Of a stretch of DNA of 64,000 nucleotides, positions 50,258 through 64,000 are shown in pieces. Where the stretch lies: contig NC_042997.1 of NCBI RefSeq assembly GCF_006345805.1, positions 45,260,001-45,324,000 on the forward strand, read 5' to 3'. The notes below the pieces were generated by a model, which saw nothing but the letters and a program-made list of their open reading frames with translations, ran no database searches and was not told the DNA's origin. Each line of letters starts with the position of its first letter. Positions within the stretch are counted from its first letter, which is position 1. The position numbers and the translations under genes were made by a program. The stretch is from Octopus sinensis. Lineage: Eukaryota.

Positions 50258-53212
50258 ATATATATATATATATATATATGAGTGTACATATATTTATATT
50301 AGTATAGGGTGAAAATTGGTACATTCAAATAAAATACCCACTAGTATCCAAGAGTGACTGAATTATCTTCCTTTCTAGCAATACCTGCTCAAGAGAATGA
50401 TGGCATGAATACTAGAAAAAGTACTTGAAGGTACGCTGCATAATGACCATAGTCAGATATAGCCAAGTGACAAACTGGTGAATAAACACACACAGTTTGT
50501 ACACAAACGCATATAAACATGTTCATGTTGTATCAATTGTAATGATATCATCGTAAGCTAGTTAATTAGATACAACTGCACAGCTCATTTTAAATAACTA
50601 GTGTTGGAGATAGAAGCTACTCTGAACTGTGACTCCAATTGTTCATTGGTCTATGGGTAGCTGCAAGGAAACTGGGAAGAAATGGCAGTTGTACTCACTG
50701 CATATCCTACAAGTATATAAGAAAAGTATTTCACTTAGAAAACAAAGCAATATACGCACCAGTCCTATTTAAATATATCTGTTATGGACGTGGTTCGAAA
50801 TACAGAACATACAATCAAAATAATGCATTGATTCTAAATATGTCAAGTGCATTGCATTGTGCATTGTTTTTGACAAAAATCTGCTTGTGTGTGCATGAGG
50901 ATATATGTACAATCTCAGAGGTATTGGCTAAATGGAAGCAAGGTATTGCATGTCAGACTAATGGATTGCGAAAATACATTCTGCTGGAGCATCTTTAATA
51001 ATTATTTGGGGGTGGAGGGTGGGGAAATTTAACCCTACTTCTCTCACATTGAAACTAATACCAACTATATTACTATTCTTCCAATTAATTTATAGCTGCG
51101 AAGCCTAGAGCAAAATCCTAACACCTGGACTATGACTTGTGTATTGGGTGATTTCCATCTTATACTTACAATCATGCACATCTTTTAGAAGGGAGTCTTT
51201 ACATTTCACTTGTGTTAAGTTAAAGTGAGTAATCTCACCCTTCAGTAATTTATCAAAAGATGCTATAAGGTTAAGAATTTCAGTTACAGAAACTGAGCTG
51301 CTTTATGACTCAGTCCCTTTCTGTACACAACATATGGAATATAAGATCCCTAAATAGAAAACAATTCCTTTTAGTGTACAGCAAATATTTTCATCCTAGA
51401 TCCTGGCATGTTACACTTCAAACTGACAGGCAGGTTTTGAGTTCCAGATAATTACATTCTTTACATGAAAGGAAATTCTATCTGAAAAAGTGTATTGAGA
51501 AACTGTAAAAAATAAAAATAAATCTTCTACTACAAGAAATTTAAGTATAAACATATTACAAGTAATCTTGTATAGATACAGATTCAATGCTCTTATAATC
51601 AGATAAATAATTCAAATGAAAGAAGACAGAAAAAAGAATCTCATATTTTTCTAGAATAAAAAGTATTCCACTGAGAAGACAATCGTTTAAGAAATTACAC
51701 AGTATTGCCACATAGGGACTGCATAGCATCCAGACTAGAATGAGAACCATTTCACTTAACCAAAGTCTAATCAGTGATGATGACAAAGAATAACAAAAAC
51801 ATTTCGAAACAATAATGTTTCTTACACAAACATGAAGTACAAATTGAAAGTTGTCTGCTGATTAAATTTGTATATATGACATTTGCAAGAATGGCCAGGA
51901 TGTGCTGTTTTGATAGACATTATTTGTTATTACTACTACTCAGTGTAATATTTATATTTTAATCAGGTAATCTAAAGATAAGCTAATGTGTTTTGGTAAA
52001 GAAGAAAATTAAACACTTGCACCAATATATATCTGAACTAATGGCCAATGCTCACTATGTCTAGTGACACATATCACTTTAATATTATACCATTTATTAT
52101 GACTTTTCATCTGCAAATGAGAAGATTGGGTTGGTTTTTGTGTGTGCAAATTCTGTGAGAATTTTCCTAGCCTCAATAGCAAAAATTATTTTTGCCTAAT
52201 TTCTCATATGAGATCTACGACCAAGTAATGATCTCAGCTGGAGTAGATCCAATATGTGAAGAAAAATGTAGCAGCTATTTTCAATGGCAGATCATGCAGG
52301 AATTAGAAATATTGTCTATTATTACTGAACACATCTAAGTTACTCTAGATATATATATGAATATAATACCAATGTACAATGGTGAACCATTATAAGATAT
52401 AGTCTAAATTTGTTAAACACTTTAGTATGTCATATGTACTTATTTTATTGATCTCAAAGACATGAAAGACTAGATTTATTTATCACTGAGCTGTTATTTA
52501 GGTTCTAAACTTTATTGTTTGGTTAGTTTTGGAGTTGATTCCGTTTCATCTACGGTTTGTATGTTATCAAAGAGATTAAGTCTTAGACTATGTAATCCTG
52601 ATATTTAGCATATTTATTTGAAGGAATATCTGGTTCCTGTGTTTGCAGGTCAAATAAGTTATAAAAAGAAAACATTTTTCATTGGTTAAGCTTTGTATTT
52701 ATTTTCCTTTGTAGTAGTTCTAAAAATAAAGCATTTCTCACTGAAAAGAGGAATAAATAAATATAAACGTAGAAAGAACATTTATCAAAGTTGTTAGAAT
52801 TAATCTAAGAGAAGGAAAAAGAAGCTTTGGATAGGATAATAAAAGATAGATATTAATAGATATTAACTGATATTGTTTCTAATGCTCTTTAACTGAAAAA
52901 TACAAATTATTTTTATGTGCTGAGCATAATTGTACTGGATGTAAGACCATTCTAAATTTAGCAAACTTGTTGATTAGTGCAATCCCATGTTTCTTCATTC
53001 AAAGTGTCAGAGAAATAGAACTGTGAATTCTCAACTGTTACCAGAGTATACCTTCAACCAATGAGAATAGTCAAGGGGAAAATTTGATGACTGGTAAGCT
53101 TATAATGTGTTTAAGATTGACTGGATTTAAATTGATAGGTGAATAAATACAAGTGCTAAGATAGATAGTTCTTAGTCAGAAATCATGCAGAGATGAACTC
53201 TGTAATACCTAT

Positions 53213-53627
53213 TACTCTTTTACTCTTTTACTTGTTTCAGTCATTTGACTGTGGCCATGCTGGAGCACCGCCTTTAGTCAAGCAAATCAACCCCAGGACT
53301 TATTCTTTGTAAGCCCAGTACTTATTCTATCGGTCTCTTTTGCCAAACCGCAAAGTGACGGGGACGTAAACACACCAGCATTGGTTGTCAAGCAATGCTA
53401 GGGGGACAAACACAGACACACAAACATATACACATATACACACACACTTATATATATATAGATATATACGACGGGCTTCTTTGAGTTTCCGTCTACCAAA
53501 TCCACTCACAAGGCATTGGTTGGCCCGGGGCTATAGCAGAAGACACTTGCCCAAGATGCCACGCAGTGGGACTGAACCCGGAACCATGTGGTTGGTTAGC
53601 AAGCTACTTACCAGCCACTTCTGCGCC
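53213..53627 (-). mobile_element. SINE family A (copy 6)
   Basis: Full modules; flanking direct repeat cctatt at 53208-53213 and 53626-53631. Confidence 0.92.
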
Positions 53628-53796
53628 TATTGTTGATAATTCTTCATGCTTCAGATACTACATATATGCTCTGATGAGGAAGGTAAGTCAAAAATGAAGT
53701 CTTGGAGGAGTTCCAAAGATTCTTTAAGTTTGAACATTTTTGCACACATACAATTATATTTGATAGTTGCTGCAAGATCACTGATGTCTGAATTTA

Positions 53797-55042
53797 CCAG
53801 GCTGAGTCAAAAGTTTAAAAAAACTTTTTTACTGATGATTTCTGGCAACCTGTATCTCTATGTTATATCATTAATTTGATACAACTTGTCCAGTGATTGC
53901 TGAATTGTTTATTCTTTATTTCCATTTATGACATATGGACATTAACTGGTTATTCTTTATTTTACAGTTATGATATTGATAGGAGAAAAAATTGAAACTA
54001 GAGCCTTTTTATGATATCAGTGGGAAAAGGGACTGAGTGCAAGGGCAGTGGTAAAGTCTAAGAACTGTGGCACAAAACTGGCTCAGACATTTCAAGGAAG
54101 GTGACACTAACCTTGAAGATAAACCAAAGTCAGGGAGACATTCTAATTTAGAAGATGAGGCCTTGCTTGAAATGGTTGAACAACAGCCAAGCACAAGCCC
54201 TCATACATTGTCAGAAGAACTTGGTCCTTCACAAAGCACCATCAATCAGCACCTCCATACGCTCAGCCTTGTGAACAGATGCTGTCAAAAAGCTTTTCAT
54301 GAACTGATTAATGACCAGGCTCAAAGACACATGAACATTTGCAAAGAACTGCTGGAAAATCCTTGAGATGCTAGTTTTTGGCATTCAATTTTATATGGAA
54401 ATAAAAAAAATGGATCTATTTTCATAATTCTTATAAGAGGAATCAGTGGCTTTGTTCCAGCCTAGCTTCAGAACTTGTTAAACAAGGGCAGTTTGAACAG
54501 AAGTCATGTTGTGTGTTTGGTGGGTGTTGCATTTTGAGCTTGTCCCAGATGGTAATGCTGTGAATGCTAACCTTTATGATCAACAACTGCAGTGATATAT
54601 ATATAAGATGCTTTGAAAGCCTACTACTTGGCATTGGTCTATCAAAATAAAGCATTTATACACCATGACAATGCCCCAGCATACTCTGCTAATGTGACCA
54701 AGTGCAAACTTGAGGAACTTGTGGGACTAGAAGTGCTGCCTCATCCTACTTATAGTCCAAACCTTGCACCATCAGATTACCACCTTTTCCCTGCTGTGGA
54801 TCATTAACTGCACAAACGGAGATTCAGAAATGAGGTTGAGGTTGACAATGGGTCCAGGGCAGTTTTCTGACTCCAAACCAACAAAATGGTTTAAGCATGG
54901 AATTGAGCTTCTCACACAATGATGACAACAAGCAATAGAATATGAGGGAATATATTTTGATGAATAAACACTTTTTGTAAGTAATTTGTTTGGACTATTA
55001 AATTAAAGCATGAAATATGAAAACACTTTTGACTCAACCTGA
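53797..55042 (+). mobile_element. full-length decayed mariner transposon (~1.25 kb)
   Basis: TIRs ccaggctgagtcaaaagt / acttttgactcaacctga with TA on the left. Transposase pieces WLRHFKEGDTNLEDKPKSGR, HEL, KKWIYFHN, HHDNAPAY and PHPTYSPNLAPSDYHLF; multiple stops and frameshifts. Confidence 0.9.
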
Positions 55043-55087
55043 GATGTGTGTGTGTGTGTGTGTGTGTAGTATGTTTGTTTGTATGCA

Positions 55088-55505
55088 TACTCTTTTACTC
55101 TTTTACTTGTTTCAGTCATTTGACTGCGGCCATGCTGGAGCACCGCCTTTAGTCGAGCAAATCGACCCCAGGACTTATTCTTTGTAAGCCTAGTACTTAT
55201 TCTATCGGTCTCTTTTGCCGAACCGCTAAGTGACGGGGACGTAAACACACCAGCATCGGTTGTCAAGCAATGCTAGGGAGACAAACACAGACACACAAAC
55301 ACATACGCACACACATATATATATATATATATACACATATATACGACAGGCTTCTTTGAGTTTCTGTCCACCAAATCCACTCACAAGGCATTGGTCGGCC
55401 CGGGGCTATAGCAGAAGACACTTGCCCAAGATGCCACGCAGTGGGACTGAACCCAGAACCATGTGGCTGGTTAGCAAGCTACTTAGCACACAGCCACTCC
55501 TGCGC
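55088..55505 (-). mobile_element. SINE family A (copy 7)
   Basis: Full modules. Confidence 0.92.
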
Positions 55506-57037
55506 ATGTATAATATTTTTTTACCTCAAACATACATTTTACTTTTAAATAACCTTCAAAAGACCAATGAAAATATGTTTTCTTCCCATTTGTAATTTAG
55601 GTATCATATGGTTAAATTTAGAAACTTGCAACAAATGATAAAAGATGAAAACAGTGAAAGCATTGAGCGATTGAAGAGAGTCAGGTTATCAACAACTATT
55701 ACAATAACAAGAAAAACACATGAAAAGTCTTCTAAAATGAAAACCATTAAAATGGTGTTTATAATGGGAATAATATTGCTGTCATACAATTTTAGTTTTA
55801 GAATGGCAAGATTAGAAATTTGCCAAAACATCTTGATTTCAACAGAAACTAAGATATCATTGTGGATGTTCATTTGGAGTAGTTTGGTTGCTATAGCATC
55901 TGATTAGTGCTCAGGTGCTGAAGGAAAGTACAGGGTATTTTTTTAAAATGGTGAAGTTTATAAAGAAAATAAAAAAAATTAATTCAATAAAGAAAAAGGA
56001 ACTCAAAATAAAAATGATAAATTTTGGTTAATTCACCTAAAATTGGAGAAGGAAAGAATTTAAGATGAACAATAAATTGAAAATAAAGCTTTCTAAAAAA
56101 TTTCTTTTTAAATATACCATTGCCAACTACCATCTATCATAAGAGAAACATTGAAGATCATTTCTGCTTCCATTGTAAAAGTCATACAAAAAGAAAATTT
56201 TCAAGATCTGAAAGGCTCAGAACAAATCACCCCACATCCCTGCCAAAAAATGCTGCTAAAACTGAGCAGGTGAAAACAGTTCTTATTTGTGACATATCTA
56301 ACCCCAATGTAGTTACCAAAAGCCTAATATGTGGCTTTAATAAGATGAAAATATTGCTTCCGATATACTTTTTCTTCATACTTTTATCTTCTTACAAGCC
56401 TTGTTATTATTATTATTATCATAATTGTTGTTGCTGGTATTTGTAGCTAATTTTATATTATTACAGCCCTGAAATAGTTGCCATGGATATGGAATTAATA
56501 AGAAAAACATAAAAATAATAAAATAAGGAACAGGAATGTAATTATTCCAAAATTCAGTTGGTAATTTCTTTAAAAAGAAAAATTTTACTCTGGTGCAATT
56601 ATCACACATTTAGACAGGTAATGAGAGAAGTAATATTAAGAAAATTTTAATTATTAAATTACATTTTAAAAATGCTGTTTTTCTCAGAACTACAGCCAAT
56701 TTCTTAAGCAAGTGTTCAGAATAGGGTATCATCAGAGAGACAAGAAAAAGTAGATGAAATAGAGAAGAAATATGTGTAAATATCATTTGGAATATGGCAT
56801 GTTATTAAGGAAAAGAATAAAGTTACTTTATTAATTAATTTTCACATAAACATCTGGTGCAACAGAAAACAGATGAATTTAGTCCTAATTTACAGAATCC
56901 TAGCATTCTTTCGGTTACACCTTCATAGTAATTAATCTAAATTGGTGAATCTAAAAGTAAATCCCAAAATATTACAAATATCAAAGTATTGTTTTATCCA
57001 TGGGAAAATTAGCTTCAAGTATTTCAGTCTCAGAATG

Positions 57038-57087
<50 letters not shown>

Positions 57088-57302
57088 AAATAGTGAGGGA
57101 TTATCAATCCAGGCAAAATACTTTATAAGCTCTTTGTTGGCAGACCAGGCTAACAATATTATTTAGATTAGTGAAAAGCCCCGGGTAATCTTGTGGCAGG
57201 GTTCCAAAATTATGTTTCATCACAATTCTATGTTGTAAATCTGTGGATGGGCTCCAGACAAACTGGGTTTTACCCAGAGGGATATATAAGAAACAACTTT
57301 CA

Positions 57303-57679
57303 AATAATAATCATTACATATTATTCCTTTATTGGAGCAAATTTGGCTTACAGTTGTTTCCAGTAGTCATTATAGGTAGTACTGATAAGTTTACTCAAAT
57401 GGGCTATTGATCAACAGAGGAAAATTGAATGTCCTAAGGAAATTAATGCTACTTTCATCATCAGAGCTATTTCTGGTTATAACAAGTGCTCTGCTTGTTA
57501 TAACCAGAAATAGCTCTGATGATGTAAGTAGCATTAATTTCCTTAGGTCATTCAATTTTCCTCAATTGATGAATAGACCAGTTGAGTAAAGCTATCAGTA
57601 ATCTACTTATAATGATTACTGGAAACAGCTGTAAGCCAGATTTGCTCCAATAAAGGAAACAGCTGTAATGACCATTATT
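57303..57679. repeat. long imperfect palindrome (foldback), ~185 bp arms, 7 nt loop
   Basis: Arms 57303-57486 and 57494-57679 are reverse complements around tgctctg; the inner 29 bp are perfect. Confidence 0.93.
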
Positions 57680-58741
57680 TTTAACTTGTTTCTTTTATAT
57701 GTATAAGAGGTGAGTCTATCTGTGTCTACTAGTGTAAAATGACTGATAGTAGTTCCTTTACATCAAAAATTGACACGGTGATCTGATAATCAGAGGACGA
57801 TAAAACAACTATCACAATGAAATAAATGATGGGACCATGAGAATGATCAACCAAAGCCCTTACCGGCAGTGTTCCACTGAGGCTTTAGTTGAATGATTGA
57901 AAGCAGTAAAAACTTAATATAATATGAACAAAAAGTATATTAATATTAGTAAAACAGAAATAATGAATGTGGATATACCTCCTACTTGATAAGGTCCTAT
58001 TTACAGACCAGGTGTCCTATTTTTAGGGAAAGATATACTCCTTACATGCATAATGCTATAGAAAGCAGGGAAGTATTGGCGTACCAGATTCTTTTGATTT
58101 GAAAAAGAAAACTAACAAGCCTCGGCAGCTGTATGGTTATATATAAGTATGTAATAAAGGAATAACATTTTAGAAAATGAAAGCAAGTTTGAAATATCAA
58201 AACCGATTCTTCTAGTTTTTAAAAGTTGCAACATGTAATAAAATGTGGTAGAAAGTGGAAATGTAATATTTTTGTAGGAAATTTGTGAGCAATGGTCTTT
58301 TCAGTGGACATTTTGATCTGAGATAGAAGTTTAGTAGAGAAATCAATAAATGACTGCATTTTCACCAGAGTTCAGGTGACCAGAGTGTTTTATGCACTGA
58401 ACTTTTCAAAACTTACATTGAATTATCACAGAATCTCATTGCAGCTGATCACTAAATACAGGAAGCCCTCATCCTGTATTTAGTGTGAATTTGCATTAAA
58501 CATGGAGAAGACACATGCAGGTATTAAGAATTTGGTATAGAATATTCTACAGCTGCATCAAAGCTTTGAATTCCAATGGGTTATGGCTTCAGTGAAAATT
58601 GTAGAACATTATTTTGGCAGCAACTGTAGAGGTGAAAGTCTTTTTTAATAGGTTTAGATTTATCAACTGTAATCACTGTGAAAGCTGAACTGAGCTGCTT
58701 TACAATACTGTTGGAAACATTTATTGAAATTTGTCATACGC

Positions 58742-59143
58742 GGCGCAGGAGTGGCTGTGTGGTAAGTAGCTTGTTTACCTACCACATGGTTCCGGGTTCA
58801 GTCCCACTGCGTGGCACCTTGGGCAAGTGTCTTCTACTATAGCCTCGGGCGACCAAAGCCTTGTGAGTGGATTTGGTAGATGGAAACTGAAAGAAGCCCG
58901 TCGTATATATGTATATATATGCATGTGTGTGTTTGTGTGTCTGTGTTTGTCCCCCTAGCATTGCTTGACAACCGATGCTGGTGTGTTTATGTCCCCCATT
59001 ACTTAGCGGTTCAGCAAAAAGAGACCGATAGAATAAGTACTGGGCTTACAAAGAATAAGTCCCGGGGTCGATTTGCTCGACTAAAGGTGATGCTCCAGCA
59101 TGACCGCAGTCAAATGACTGAAAAGAGTAAAGAGTAAAGAGTA
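58742..59143 (+). mobile_element. SINE family A (copy 8)
   Basis: Full modules; target-site duplication atacgc at 58736-58741 and 59143-59148. Confidence 0.92.
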
Positions 59144-59280
59144 TACGCATTTCACCATGCTTCAAACTTCTATACAGACCATCATGTACAAAAACATCTC
59201 CATCATTTCTAACTACACAGGTGGAGATGATGAAGATGTGTTTGATCCTCATCAACTTAATATTGATTAGGACATCCAGA

Positions 59281-59571
59281 ACTTTTAAGTTTCCTTTTCA
59301 TAGTCAGGTTGCAGTCATACAAATGTTCCTTCTCGAGCCATGCCAGGCTCCTAAGGGCCAGTTTCCCAGTTTCAGTGGTGTAGAAATTCCCCACCTGGAC
59401 GGGACGCCGGTCCGTCGCAGGATTACTCATTTTTGCCAGCTGAGTGGACTGGAGCAACATGAAAATGAAGTGTCTTGCTCAAGAACACACTGCATCACCC
59501 GGTCCAGGAATTGAAACCACAACCTTACGATCATGAGTTCAACACCTTAACCACTAAGCCACACGCATCCA
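59281..59571 (-). mobile_element. SINE family C
   Basis: Reverse-complement homologue of 10155-10416. Confidence 0.82.
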
Positions 59572-61298
59572 CAGATTGCAGTCCAAGGGTTGATTGATTT
59601 CTTCTAAATAAAAATTTAAAAAAAAAAAAAACATTGTTTAGCACTCTATTGATTCAAATGTCACTCTCCAGTCATTTATCCAAAAAGGAAACTGTAACAA
59701 ACCACTACAACTCATTAAAATATTTCTGAAGTCTTGCTTCTTATTTGGCACATGTTAAGAATTCAAACTGAATGATTGCAATTTTCAGTAAAACTGCCCA
59801 CTTGATCATAAAATGGAAAGATGACTATTTCTATCTAAGCGACCAAAAGCAAATACAATAAAATGCATAATTCAAGGACAGAATATATGATACAATTTCA
59901 CCTCCTTTTCACCATGTGAGAACTGGTAAAAATGATTCCACAGATATAGATATCTATAAATTGTTGAAGTAGTTGTTTTTATACTCTTCTGCAGAAGATA
60001 ATCTAAGAAAAATGGTTCACCTGAAGAAGCTATTTATTCATACAGCAGTCGTCTTTCCTTATATTTACCAAGAACAAAACAACAAAACAGCTTGAAATCG
60101 CAACAAGAGAAACGGTTTTGAAGACAACAGAGATTTGTAGGCATGGTGTCCCAAAACAGAAGAATCTAAGAGAGGAAATTTGTACAGATCTTTTGTTCAA
60201 ACACTGTAAATAGTATTATTTACTACAGCTGCTTAATATGATGAATAGTAACACAAAAGAGATAAAAATACAGAAAAAGAAGGGACTTCAAATATAGCCA
60301 TATTCATAAACCAGACAGATCAACTCACGTCGGATCTAAATACACCTTTAGAAATGGTCTATGTTTTCAATTACCAATCAATTATAGACAACAATAATTA
60401 CTGCAAATATACCACATCTTTACAAAGCTATGAATTAGTGTTTATTTACTAAAAAACAGAAAAAAACTTTATGTTACTAGTAGTTATATTTTCTCCTTCT
60501 AACACACACACACATACATAAGAAGAAACTGATTACAAAAGAAAAAAAAAAGCATTACTTCGATTTATTTAATATCAATTGTTTTGATAGCCTATCTCTG
60601 CACATCTTAAACATATATATAAGAAGGGTAGAAAGCTTTCAAAGAGAGAGATATCATTATTTTTACTTTGATTTCCTATTTAGACTTTCTATTACTTTTG
60701 TTTTTGTTTTATTTTTGCCATGACATTTTATCTTGTCCCCTGAGTAGAGAACCATTCAATATAGAAGTGGAGAATCAAATAATTCCAATAAATAAATAAA
60801 AAATAAAAAAATAAAAAATGGTGGAAAAACGATCTGATGACAAGAAGAGATGGATGATGATAATAGGAGGAAAAGATGAAGACTACAAAATAAGGAAACA
60901 AGCAATGAAAAAAAGAGAGCCATGACAATAGGAATTAATAATGACAATTAAATGATGACAAAGAGAAAACTAGTGACAAAAAGACAGCTAAAAACAAAAC
61001 ATTATGATAGAGGGGAAAATATATAACGAAGTATAGAAAAATAAAACAGAATGTAACACAGATTTACATAAAAATCGGGTTTCTGTAGAATTGTCCACTA
61101 GAATGTTCATATATAGGTACAAATTACATCACAGAAAATCACGACGCTTACAAAAACACACATATTGTTCAACTGTGTCAGTGACCAGGTCATAGACATC
61201 TACAATATATTTTGACACTTTATAATATACAATAATATAATGGAATAATAGTAATAAAAAAAACAAAACAAAAAGAAAAAGCTAAATATAATAGCAAA

Positions 61299-61693
61299 TA
61301 CTCTTTACTCTTTTACTTGTTTCAGTCATTTGACTGCGGCCATGCTGGAGCACCGCCTTTTTTTAGTTGAGCAAATCGACCCCGGGACTTATTCTTTGTA
61401 AGCCCAGTACTTATTCTATCGGTCTCTTTTGCTAAACCACTAAGTGACAGGGACATAAACACACCAGCATCGGTTGTCAAGCAATGCTAGGGGGACAAAC
61501 ACAAACACATAAATATATATATATATACACATATATACGACAGGCTTCTTTCAGTTTCTGTCTACCAAATCCACTCACAAGGCATTGGTCGGCTATAGTA
61601 GAAGACACTTGCCCAAGATGCCACACAGTGGGACTGAACCCGGAACCATGTGGTTGGTTAGCAAGCTACTTACCACACAGCCACTCCTGCGCC
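61299..61693 (-). mobile_element. SINE family A (copy 9)
   Basis: Full modules with a short internal deletion. Confidence 0.92.
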
Positions 61694-61939
61694 TATGTGT
61701 ATTTTTACTCAATAATCATGACTCTTCCACAATATAACAATTTTAGGTTTAATATATGAGCTCAGAGATCTAGTCACTTTACCTGCCATACAAGTAAATC
61801 TTGTGAAATCAGAGCCATGGCTGTTGCTGGTAGCATGATCTTTGAATGTTGAGCCTCATGGAGGTGAGGGATGAGGTGGTGAAGTATGATCGTCGAATGA
61901 TGGGTCTCATGGAGGCGATGAGAAGTGACCGAGACCGCT

Positions 61940-62197
61940 GCTCTGTTTGAGAACACTTGTCAAGCCAAGTGAAATCGTAGTTGTGGCCATTGCTAGTGTC
62001 ATGCAAATGGCACCTGTGCTGGTGACACATAAAAAGCACCCATTACACTCTTGGAGTGGTTGGTGTTGGGAAGGGTGTCCAGCCATAGAAACCATGCCGA
62101 TTTAGACTGGAACCTGGTGCAGCTCTCTGGCTCACCAGTTTCAGTCAAATCATCTAACTCATGCCAGCATGGAAAGCGGATGTTAAAAGATGATGAT
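61940..62197 (+). mobile_element. diverged family B copy (may extend upstream to ~61780)
   Basis: cacataaaaagcacccattacactcttggagtggttggtgttgggaagggtgtccagc..gcatggaaagcggatgttaaaagatgatga. Confidence 0.75.
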
Positions 62198-62547
62198 ATA
62201 TATATAAAAATATAGATAATAGATAAAAAAGTGTATTAACATTGTAAGTTCAAAGCAAAAGGAACCTTGTTACATAAGTTGTAACAAACACAAAACTAGT
62301 TTAGCTAATCTTCAAGTCTTTGTTACCTCAATGTTGTTTACATAGGAATAATATTATTTCTAGATTAATAATTCACAAAAAAAAAAAAGAAGAAAAGATA
62401 GTGAAGTGAAACAGACTTACATTACTTCAATGAGGAATACAGTTGTAATTAAATGCTAATGTAATTTTAACGACAGACATATCAGTGCAACAGAAAATTC
62501 CGAGAAGATGTTGCATATGTCAACTAGACCAGAATACATAATTAGAC

Positions 62548-62868
62548 GACGTCAGATTTCTCTACTTTCACTTCTGATACCCAAAGGCATGACAGTGCCC
62601 ATTTTACTTGCATTTCAGTGGTACGTAAATAAACGGCGTAAATAAACGAAAGACGATGTAAATACACGAAGTTGACGTCTGACGTCAGATTTCTCTACTT
62701 TCACTTCTGACACCCAAAGGCATGACAGTGCCCATTTTACTTGCATTTCAGTGGTACGTAAATAAACGGCGTAAATAAACGAAAGACGACGTAAATACAC
62801 GAAGTTGACGTCTGACGTCAGATTTCTCTACTTTCACTTCTGACACTCAAAGGCATGACAGTGCCCAT
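62548..62868. repeat. 133 bp tandem repeat, 2.4 copies, CpG-rich
   Basis: Unit starts at 62548, 62681 and 62814; copies differ at only a few positions. Confidence 0.95.
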
Positions 62869-63854
62869 AATTATATAAGACATGTAGTGGAATCATAAAA
62901 ATAACGCATAAAAGCAGGGGTCTTCCAATTCAGTACAATATACTGAGATCAAGTAAGCTTTTGTCTATTTGCTCAATGTGTTGTTTTCATCCATGCTGAG
63001 TTTGCTCTAAGACACCCATGTTTTTGCTTGAAAGTCAAGAACAGTGTCAGTCAGGGAGTTTGACTGAGTTTGTGTGTCTAAGGGCTTTGCATTGAATGCG
63101 TCAAGGCACACAGCATGCACCACATCTTTCTCACCAGAGTTCCATAATTTGTTCTAACGACAACAAACTAACACCATGTACTCTTTTCCTTCTATTAAAA
63201 TGATTGCTATGTATTTTATTATAAAGCTTACACTCAACAAAATTACGAAAAAGTTTTGAGTATTTTTTAAAACTCATTTCCTGCTAAAAGTGAAGACAAG
63301 GTTTCCGAGATATTAACAGTAAATATATTTGCTTTTCAATATTTTCAAGAGATAATAGTGAATAAAAAAATATTATAACAATTTTCAGAGTAAATCAATA
63401 TTGTAACTGATATAGAAGGAAAAAAAACCTGATGACAATCATATCTATATTGATTCATTATATAGGTAGGAATACTATCGTTCAAATTAAATTATCAAAT
63501 ATCAATATTTGATCTCAGAAAATATAATTTGAGAAAAAAAAATATACAGAAAAAAAAAACACTCAGATAATGGCATGCCAAAGTGCTTTTCATTATGGAT
63601 GATACATTTTTTTAATACTGTGGTCTCAAAGGTAAGGAACTGGTTAAAAGACAATGCAGCTAGTTCAATCACAACCTACAGCAAACATTTGCATCTGAAA
63701 AGATTTTTTTCCACAAATCCTTATATTTTCCTCTGATTTGAATGATGATATATTCTACTTTAAAAAAAAAATGAGATCTTCATTTCCAAGGTTCAGGATA
63801 TATATATAATATTAACAATGTGTGTATGTATGTCTGTATATACATAATATCAAT

Positions 63855-63903
63855 AATGTGTATATATGTGTGTGTGTGTATATATATATACATATATATA
63901 TAC

Positions 63904-63960
<57 letters not shown>

Positions 63961-64000
63961 ATATATATATATACATATATATATATATACATATTATATA
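63855..64000. repeat. (TG)n/(TA)n/(TACA)n microsatellite running off the window
   Basis: Directly visible. Confidence 0.95.

Noticed and set aside
53671-53700. Canonical ctgatga hammerhead core
   Set aside because: No helix II, GAAA or helix III follows.
55608-55907. ORF with KMKTIKMVFIMGIILL reminiscent of a peptide-GPCR ICL3/TM6 junction
   Set aside because: No CWxP motif, TM7 or other GPCR exons; AT-rich sequence readily yields such K/I/F-rich peptides.
62915-63120. caggggtcttccaa start resembling a hAT/Charlie terminal repeat
   Set aside because: No matching right TIR or 8 bp TSD found.

Overview
AT-rich, repeat-saturated animal DNA. The SINE, LINE and microsatellite content points to a cephalopod, most likely Octopus; this is inference from remembered repeat sequences, not a database hit. 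I could not support any intact protein-coding gene, tRNA or rRNA, so the window reads as intronic or intergenic. It holds at least 9 recognisable copies of a bipartite tRNA-headed SINE with an internal microsatellite (working label A). It also holds many copies of an element with a (GAT)n tail and internal VNTR (label B), several other SINEs, and decayed LINE pieces (RTE, RTE-X, CR1-group, HERO-like). DNA transposon remains include Tc1 and mariner fossils plus MITE-like and Helitron-like elements. There is also a ~375 bp palindrome, a 133 bp tandem unit, and very long (TA)n/(TACA)n/(GATA)n tracts that generate most of the ORF track as artefacts. The most notable signal is a set of Penelope-like element ends anchored in (TA)n tracts. 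Three carry minimal type I hammerhead-ribozyme folds with the same non-canonical core, CCGANGA instead of CUGANGA (1.2, 48.2 and 50.1 kb). Degenerate or partial folds occur at 47.7, 29.3 and 33.6 kb. One element (47.6-48.3 kb) keeps a Penelope endonuclease C-terminus and inverted terminal repeats, and sits inside the microsatellite of a SINE. Family labels are mine, boundaries were read by eye, and ribozyme activity is untested.
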